Part shown: in pieces, positions 27,003 to 32,047 of the stretch
Layout: each line of letters opens with the position of its first letter
How positions within the stretch are numbered: position 1 is the first letter of the stretch
NCBI GenBank assembly: GCA_049510745.1
Contig: JBEKYR010000053.1
Location: 1-32,047 of the forward strand
From: Verrucomicrobiota bacterium
GTDB lineage: Bacteria > Verrucomicrobiota > Verrucomicrobiia > Limisphaerales > Palsa-1400
DNA: 32,047 nucleotides
Direction: 5' to 3'
Notes under the pieces: generated by a model
What the model was told of the DNA's origin: nothing
The model's database searches: none
The model's input: only the letters and a program-made list of their open reading frames with translations
Made by a program: the position numbers and the translations under genes

Positions 27003-28382
27003 TCAGGATGGCGGCAGCGTCCCGTAGGTGATGGCCGCGACCTCCTTGCCGTCCATGGTCTTGACTTTGCGCGTCTTCTCGTCAAAGAGGCACATCATGT
27101 TCTTGCGGTTGGACATTTCGGCCAGGCAAATAACCGTTTGGGCGCGGACGGCCAGGTCGATGCCGGCGGCGGGCTGGGTGTTGGCCCGGATGCTGTCAAA
27201 CCAATTTTTTTCGTGGACGCCGATGTCCTCGGCCGGGGTGAGGCCGTCAAAGGTTTGCAGGTCGATATCTTCGGAGAACTCCTTTTCCGGGATCAATTGG
27301 AGGCGCTCGCCGCTGCTGCCGATTTCGAGGGAGGCTTTATGGCCGTAAATGACAAACCCCGGGCTGCGGGCGGCGACGGTGCTGACCACAATCGTCAGGA
27401 TCAGCCCGCTGGGGAACTCGGCGAGCAACTCGACGTGTTCCGGACAGTCCCGCTCCGGGGTGCCGGGGGTGTTCTTGTCGGAATGCACGTTTTTGGAGCC
27501 GAGACAAGTGACGCGGGCCGGGAATTCAGGATTGCCCGTCGCCACCATCAAGGGCAGGAGGCGATGGGGCACCAGGTCGCCGAGCAGGCCGGCGCAATAG
27601 GGATAATACTTGCGCCAGCGGAAATAAGAGTCGGGGTTAAACGGTTTGTGGTCATGGACGGGCGCCTGCCATTTGTCCCAATCCAAATCCTGCGGGGTAC
27701 ACCAGGGCTGAATGGGGTAGTTCCATTCGCCTTTGGGATTGTTGCGGCAGTAATAGCCCTGCGCCCAAACCGCCGGGCCGATCTTGCCGCCCTGGATCAA
27801 CTCGGCCGCTTTGTGCCAGGCGGCGGCGGTGCAACCCTGCGAGCCGACCTGGAGGATTTTGCCCGTCGCTTTCACCTTGTCGTGCAGGTCGAAGGCCTCC
27901 TGCAAATAGCGGGTCATGGGTTTTTCCACATAGACGTGCTTGCCGGCTTCCAGGGCGGCGATGGCCGTCTTGCAATGCCAATGATCGACCGTCGCAATGG
28001 TGACGGCGTCGATGTCCTTGCGCTCCAGCATCTTTTCGTAATCCTTGTAAAGATCGCAAGCGGGGCCGATGACCGTCTTGGCGTCCTGTCGGCGCTGCTC
28101 GGAAAGATCGCAGGCGGCGACTTGGGCGATGTTGTTGGCGGCGGCGCTCTGCTTTTGAATGTTGACGTGGGCCATGCCCTGGCTGCCGGTGCCGATGTAG
28201 GCGACTTGAAGGCGGTTATTGGCGCCGACGACACTGGCCGGGGACGGCGCCTGGTCCTGGCCATAGACGGGCGTTTTAAAGAGATTGGAGCCGGCGACGG
28301 CGGCGGCGGCCAGGGTGGATTTCTTGATGAATTCGCGGCGTGTGGCCCCGCCCTCGTTGCTGCTGTTTGCTGCTTGCTTCAT
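27003..28382 (-). CDS. Tat-exported Gfo/Idh/MocA family oxidoreductase
   Basis: 459 aa. Twin-arginine TRREFIKK, IGTGSQG, ATVDHWH, GKHVYVEKPM and FRWRKY motifs. Confidence 0.92.
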   Translation of the reverse strand: MKQAANSSNEGGATRREFIKKSTLAAAAVAGSNLFKTPVYGQDQAPSPASVVGANNRLQVAYIGTGSQGMAHVNIQKQSAAANNIAQVAACDLSEQRRQDAKTVIGPACDLYKDYEKMLERKDIDAVTIATVDHWHCKTAIAALEAGKHVYVEKPMTRYLQEAFDLHDKVKATGKILQVGSQGCTAAAWHKAAELIQGGKIGPAVWAQGYYCRNNPKGEWNYPIQPWCTPQDLDWDKWQAPVHDHKPFNPDSYFRWRKYYPYCAGLLGDLVPHRLLPLMVATGNPEFPARVTCLGSKNVHSDKNTPGTPERDCPEHVELLAEFPSGLILTIVVSTVAARSPGFVIYGHKASLEIGSSGERLQLIPEKEFSEDIDLQTFDGLTPAEDIGVHEKNWFDSIRANTQPAAGIDLAVRAQTVICLAEMSNRKNMMCLFDEKTRKVKTMDGKEVAAITYGTLPPS

Positions 28383-28455
28383 AAAACTTTTTCTTCCGTG
28401 TCGAGTCCAATGTAGCGCAACGCGGGCGGCGGGAAAGCGCAAAATTGGATCACGT

Positions 28456-30360
28456 TCAGAACGAGAGAAATTTCCAGACTTGGACGTCGTTGCCGAAGCG
28501 GAGGAGGAAACGGTTTTGTTGGAAGGACAACTCGGCCGGGGCCTGGTCGCGGTAAAACTCCCACAGGAGGTTGCCCGTGTCCGGGTCGAGCCTGTAAATA
28601 CGAAAATAAACCGGCGCTTCGCTGCGCGGGGTGTTGAGCGCCTCGGCCAGGCCGTTGGCCATGGGCAGGCCGCCCTGTTGCACACTGGCGGTGTAGAGGA
28701 ATTTGCCGGACAGGAAACAGTCCTGCCCCAGGCTCTGCGCCTGCCAGAGAATTTTACCCGACTGCGGATCGACCTTGAGCAGGACGGGCGCAGCCTTCTG
28801 GAAGGTGATTTGCTCGGAGTACTGAATGTCCTCCGGCGCGGCGGTGGAGGAATCGACGTAGAGGACGCCGTGGTCGTCGAACTGGACTTCGGTGATGCCA
28901 ATGCTCGTGAGGCGCCAGCGCACGTCGCCGCCGGTCAGGGAGAAGGCGGTCAACACGCCCTCGTCGAAGAAATAAAGCGCGCCGTTGCCCTCGACCGCCG
29001 GGACGGAGCGGCGGTCCCAGTGCTCCGGCTGGAAACGGTCGTTGACCGGAAAGCTCAACTTGGCGTCAAAAAGTTTTTTGTTTTGCTTGTCAAAGACGGC
29101 CAGTTGCTTGCCCGCCACCAGCAGGTCCACCGTTTTGAGGGAGAAAAACGTCGGCACGCCGCTGACCTCGCCCTTCCACTCGGCCGGCTGGCCGCCGAGC
29201 CAGCGCCGAAGCTGGACCTCGTAGCGGCTCTCGTCGATGCTTTTGACCCCGCCGGTCTGGCTGCGCTTGATGTCGTTGAAAACCTCCTCGGCCACGTCGG
29301 CGACGCTGGTGGAGGCGGTGGTCTGGCCGTTGAGATGGGAGGGGCCGCGCGGTTTGATGGCCTGCACCCAGGTGACTTTGGGTTCGAGCAATCGGACCCG
29401 CATTTCGACGAGATTCTCGCCGGCGGAAAAAAACTCGCTGCTCATGGCGTCGAGCGGTTTGTTGAACTTTTGCTCCTCCAGCGCCTGCGAGAGGAGCACG
29501 CCGGCGGTGGGCTGGACGTTGGGAGGCAGTTCGTTGGGCATGGCGTGCTTTTGCGCGCGCGGCACCGTGATTTCCTGGGTCGAGGCTTCGCCGGTGGAAA
29601 GATCAATTTGCATGGCCAGGCGCGTCGTCTCGTCCTTGGCGGAAACGACCAGGATGCTGGCCGCGGCCGGGGTGAAGCTTTGCAGGCGGCCAGCGACCGG
29701 AATGGTTTGCTGGATTTCCCCCGAAGCGCGCTTGAGCCGCACCACGCGCGCGCCCAGGCAAATCCAAATACTGTCCTTGTCAATGAGAATTTTCGGCGCT
29801 TCGCCTTCGGCGTCGCCGGACGGTTTTTCGGAGAGGGGGGTGGACCACAAATCCCTGTCCGCCGCCCAATCATGGGCGACGGCGCGGTCGGGATTGACCA
29901 GAAGAATGGTGTTCGCGTCGAGGAATCCCGCGCGCCAGGAAGAATCGGCCCCCGGCACTTTGAGCGCGCAGGCCAGGCGCGGTTTTGAGCCGGCGAAGGC
30001 ATACCAACCCCAGGCGCCGAGGAGGCCGAGGACGAGCAGGGCCGCGCCGGCGGCGAGCCAGGCCGTCAGGCGCCATTGGCGGCGTTCCTCCTTCAATCTT
30101 TGCAGGGCGCTGCCGCGGGCCCGGGCTTGGGGAAATGCCCGGGGCAGGCCGGCGGGTTCGGCCGCGACGGCGGCCTGCACGCGCAATTTCGGTTTGCTGG
30201 CCGCCTCGGCCGCCAAGGCGTCGGCGATCAGTTGATTGGCCGACTCAGTGCCGTCGGCCTGGCAAGTGGGGCAGTTGACCGTAAACGGCATCCGCCCCTC
30301 GACCGGTTCGGCCTCGAAGGAGTACTTGGCGCCGCAGGGGCACTGGACTTTGATGATCAT
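28456..30360 (-). CDS. Membrane-anchored PQQ-like beta-propeller protein with N-terminal Zn-finger
   Basis: 634 aa. CPCG...CPTC, TM helix after about residue 95, repeats such as GDVRW, DPQSGKILW and DPDTGNLLW. Confidence 0.75.
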   Translation of the reverse strand: MIIKVQCPCGAKYSFEAEPVEGRMPFTVNCPTCQADGTESANQLIADALAAEAASKPKLRVQAAVAAEPAGLPRAFPQARARGSALQRLKEERRQWRLTAWLAAGAALLVLGLLGAWGWYAFAGSKPRLACALKVPGADSSWRAGFLDANTILLVNPDRAVAHDWAADRDLWSTPLSEKPSGDAEGEAPKILIDKDSIWICLGARVVRLKRASGEIQQTIPVAGRLQSFTPAAASILVVSAKDETTRLAMQIDLSTGEASTQEITVPRAQKHAMPNELPPNVQPTAGVLLSQALEEQKFNKPLDAMSSEFFSAGENLVEMRVRLLEPKVTWVQAIKPRGPSHLNGQTTASTSVADVAEEVFNDIKRSQTGGVKSIDESRYEVQLRRWLGGQPAEWKGEVSGVPTFFSLKTVDLLVAGKQLAVFDKQNKKLFDAKLSFPVNDRFQPEHWDRRSVPAVEGNGALYFFDEGVLTAFSLTGGDVRWRLTSIGITEVQFDDHGVLYVDSSTAAPEDIQYSEQITFQKAAPVLLKVDPQSGKILWQAQSLGQDCFLSGKFLYTASVQQGGLPMANGLAEALNTPRSEAPVYFRIYRLDPDTGNLLWEFYRDQAPAELSFQQNRFLLRFGNDVQVWKFLSF

Positions 30361-30373
30361 TGGAAAACAATAG

Positions 30374-30402
30374 TTGAAGTGAGAATCAGTGAATCAGTGA
30401 AT
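30374..30402. repeat. Left arm of 29-bp inverted repeat flanking the four-helix-bundle gene
   Basis: ttgaagtgagaatcagtgaatcagtgaat; 27/29 match to the reverse complement of 30786-30814 and 30841-30869. Confidence 0.92.
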
Positions 30403-30773
30403 TAGCGGCCAGCATTGCGCTTTGCCGTGTTGAGCGATGTCTGCAAAATGCGGAGGAGTTCGTCTGCTTCTTTCTTCAAGGGCGCAAGGTTCGCAGCCGG
30501 GCAGATTCCGGCCTCTTCGAGCAACTCAAGCCACAGCAAGGATTCATCGGTTTCCTCGACAACAGTTGCAAGCTTGTGAATGAAGTCAGCGTCAGACTTG
30601 GAGCGACAGACAGCGCGGTAGTTCGCGGCGACTGAAGTTCCGGCGCGCAACAACTGGCGGCCGACGACGCGAGCCTCTTCCGTTTTGGGCAGCTTCCCAA
30701 AAAACCTAATCCCCTGAACCGCGAACGCTTTCGTCCGCGCCTGCATCCTGGCCGCAAAATCGAGTTTATTCAT
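30402..30773 (-). CDS. Four helix bundle protein (23S rRNA IVS protein / bAvd-like family)
   Basis: 123 aa. QLLRAGTSVAANYRA..R.KSDADFIHKL..V.EE.DES..WLELL signature. Confidence 0.93.
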   Translation of the reverse strand: MNKLDFAARMQARTKAFAVQGIRFFGKLPKTEEARVVGRQLLRAGTSVAANYRAVCRSKSDADFIHKLATVVEETDESLLWLELLEEAGICPAANLAPLKKEADELLRILQTSLNTAKRNAGR

Positions 30774-30876
30774 GGTCTTGCCTTCATTCACTGATTCACT
30801 GATTCAGACTTCAAAACTTCATATTCATGGTCTTGCCTTCATTCACTGATTCACTGATTCAGACTTCAAAACTTCA
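30767..30876. repeat. Perfect 55-bp tandem duplication containing the right IR arm and start codon
   Basis: 30767-30821 is identical to 30822-30876 and fills the whole intergenic space up to the upstream stop codon. Confidence 0.95.
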
Positions 30877-31476
30877 TTACGGGTTCAACAGCCTCACTGT
30901 CGCGGGAAACAGCAGGTCGCGCGACGCTTTCGGCCCGCACCCCGAAATGTCTCCTCCGCAAAAAACAAGATTTCCGCCCTCGGCGTAATGATTGTTCCCC
31001 GGCTTTTTCCCATCGGATGAAAACACTTGTTGTCCGGTTCGCTTGGGCGCGGTGTTTACCTGCCAGTCCGAGAGGAGAATCTCCCCCGGATCGTCTTTGG
31101 CGGCGCGGCCCATGTAATAGGCGTAACTGATCCTGCGCCCGGCAAAACTCTCGCCTTCGGGCAACTCCTCGTCGCGGCTGCCGGGACAAATGAACATTTC
31201 CGTCACCGTCGTGCTTTTGGGGATGAGCAAACTGAGGGCGGCCTCGGAATTGGGCGCGTCTTTCAGGATGGGGAAGGCGCCGTTGTCGCTGCGGTAAATG
31301 TTCAAGGCGAGATAGACTTTCTGAAGGTTGAGCTGGCACTTGGCCAGGTCGCGCTGTCGGGCCTTGGAACTGAACCGGCTGGTGCTCATGACCGTCAGGG
31401 TCAAGAGCAGCGCCAGGACGATGACCAATTCCAGGAGCGAAAACCCCGCCAACGATGTTTTGGCCGCCGCGCGCAC
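30877..31476 (-). CDS. Prepilin-type N-terminal cleavage/methylation protein
   Basis: 199 aa. AGF-SLLELVIVLAL, CQLNLQK, FICPGS and NH....GNLVFCGG (degenerate H-X9-DG) motifs. Confidence 0.85.
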   Translation of the reverse strand: MRAAAKTSLAGFSLLELVIVLALLLTLTVMSTSRFSSKARQRDLAKCQLNLQKVYLALNIYRSDNGAFPILKDAPNSEAALSLLIPKSTTVTEMFICPGSRDEELPEGESFAGRRISYAYYMGRAAKDDPGEILLSDWQVNTAPKRTGQQVFSSDGKKPGNNHYAEGGNLVFCGGDISGCGPKASRDLLFPATVRLLNP

Positions 31477-31491
31477 AAGGAGAAAAGGGTG

Positions 31492-31845
31492 TTACTGGGG
31501 CGCGACGCTGACCTTGCCCTGGGCGGCATCATAGACCAATTTCATGCCCGCGGGCGTTTGCGGAAGATAGGGGATGTAGTGTTGCGTCACCAACTCATTG
31601 AGGTCTTTGGGGTAACGCCCTTCCTGCACGTTGAAAAGCGTGAGTTCCTCGTTCAACGAAGTCACGTCGATGGTTTTGACCGCCTTCTGCTGGCCTTTGA
31701 CGAGGGTGCCGAGATAGCCGTTGTTGGCGGTCGGCGGCGCGGCGGCCGGCGGCGCAGAGGCGGGGGGTGGTGAATTCTGTTGCTTGCCGCAGCCAATAAG
31801 GACCAAGGCGGCGGCAACCACGATCAAGCCTCGGCAAGTCTTCAT
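31492..31845 (-). CDS. Small lipoprotein with GspG-like globular region
   Basis: 117 aa. Lipobox LIGC, Pro/Ala linker, L...L..FNVQEGRYPKDLNELV...YI..LP. Confidence 0.7.
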   Translation of the reverse strand: MKTCRGLIVVAAALVLIGCGKQQNSPPPASAPPAAAPPTANNGYLGTLVKGQQKAVKTIDVTSLNEELTLFNVQEGRYPKDLNELVTQHYIPYLPQTPAGMKLVYDAAQGKVSVAPQ

Positions 31846-31932
31846 GGCCCAAGGGTAATCGCTCCCGCGCAAAAAATCAATTCATGTCTTCGCCACCCTG
31901 ATCCTCGCGTAACGAAAGGACGGCTGCGGATC

Positions 31933-32047
31933 GGGGAGCACACGCGCCCCCGCGTGTCGCCATCGGCGCCCTCGCCGATGGCATCCCCAAATTCCATAGG
32001 AAGTGTATAAGATTCAAAGATGTGGCCGGCGAGGGCGCCGGCCACGA
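31933..32047. repeat. REP-B inverted pair, second copy cut by the window end
   Basis: ggggagcacacgcgcccccgcgtg...cggcgccctcgccg is the reverse complement of the motif at about 335-380; cggcgagggcgccg recurs near 32027. Confidence 0.8.

Noticed and set aside
28383..28901. N-terminal extension of the oxidoreductase ORF
   Set aside because: Overlaps the propeller gene; the Tat signal marks the start at 28382.
30374..30876. CRISPR array or diversity-generating retroelement
   Set aside because: No unique spacers or cas genes; no reverse transcriptase or template/variable repeat pair despite the Avd-like fold.
1..32047. tRNA, rRNA, integrase or transposase genes
   Set aside because: None recognised by eye; a covariance-model search would be needed to exclude small RNAs.

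Overview
GC-rich bacterial chromosomal window. Gene content (many prepilin-type proteins with Ala or Gly at -1, H-X9-DG-type pilin, VWA/BatA cluster, Tat-exported Gfo/Idh/MocA protein) suggests the PVC superphylum, most likely Verrucomicrobiota; this is inference. Left to right: a REP-rich nested inverted-repeat region; a partial type II secretion operon (gspF-H-I-J-K, minus strand); a GH127/GH146-like glycosidase; a secreted protein paired with a prepilin-type protein; a stand-alone glycogen-binding domain with an unknown GT-A-like protein; a BatA/VWA - permease - NHL - VWA/GATase cluster; a DUF5009 membrane protein; pheT; an oxidoreductase; a Zn-finger/beta-propeller protein; a four-helix-bundle gene; and two pilin-like genes. 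Five small two-gene toxin-antitoxin-like modules sit between 10.2 and 24.4 kb. The most notable unexplained structures are: (1) the four-helix-bundle gene is enclosed by 29-bp inverted repeats built of 8-mers, with a perfect 55-bp tandem duplication on one side; (2) a 79%-identical remnant of the pheT 3' region lies 1.3 kb downstream of pheT, bracketing a nucleotidyltransferase module; (3) a REP copy sits between two copies of the gspF-stop/gspH-start junction; (4) an AT-rich hexamer repeat is inserted in frame in pheT. Family names come from motif recognition, not database searches.
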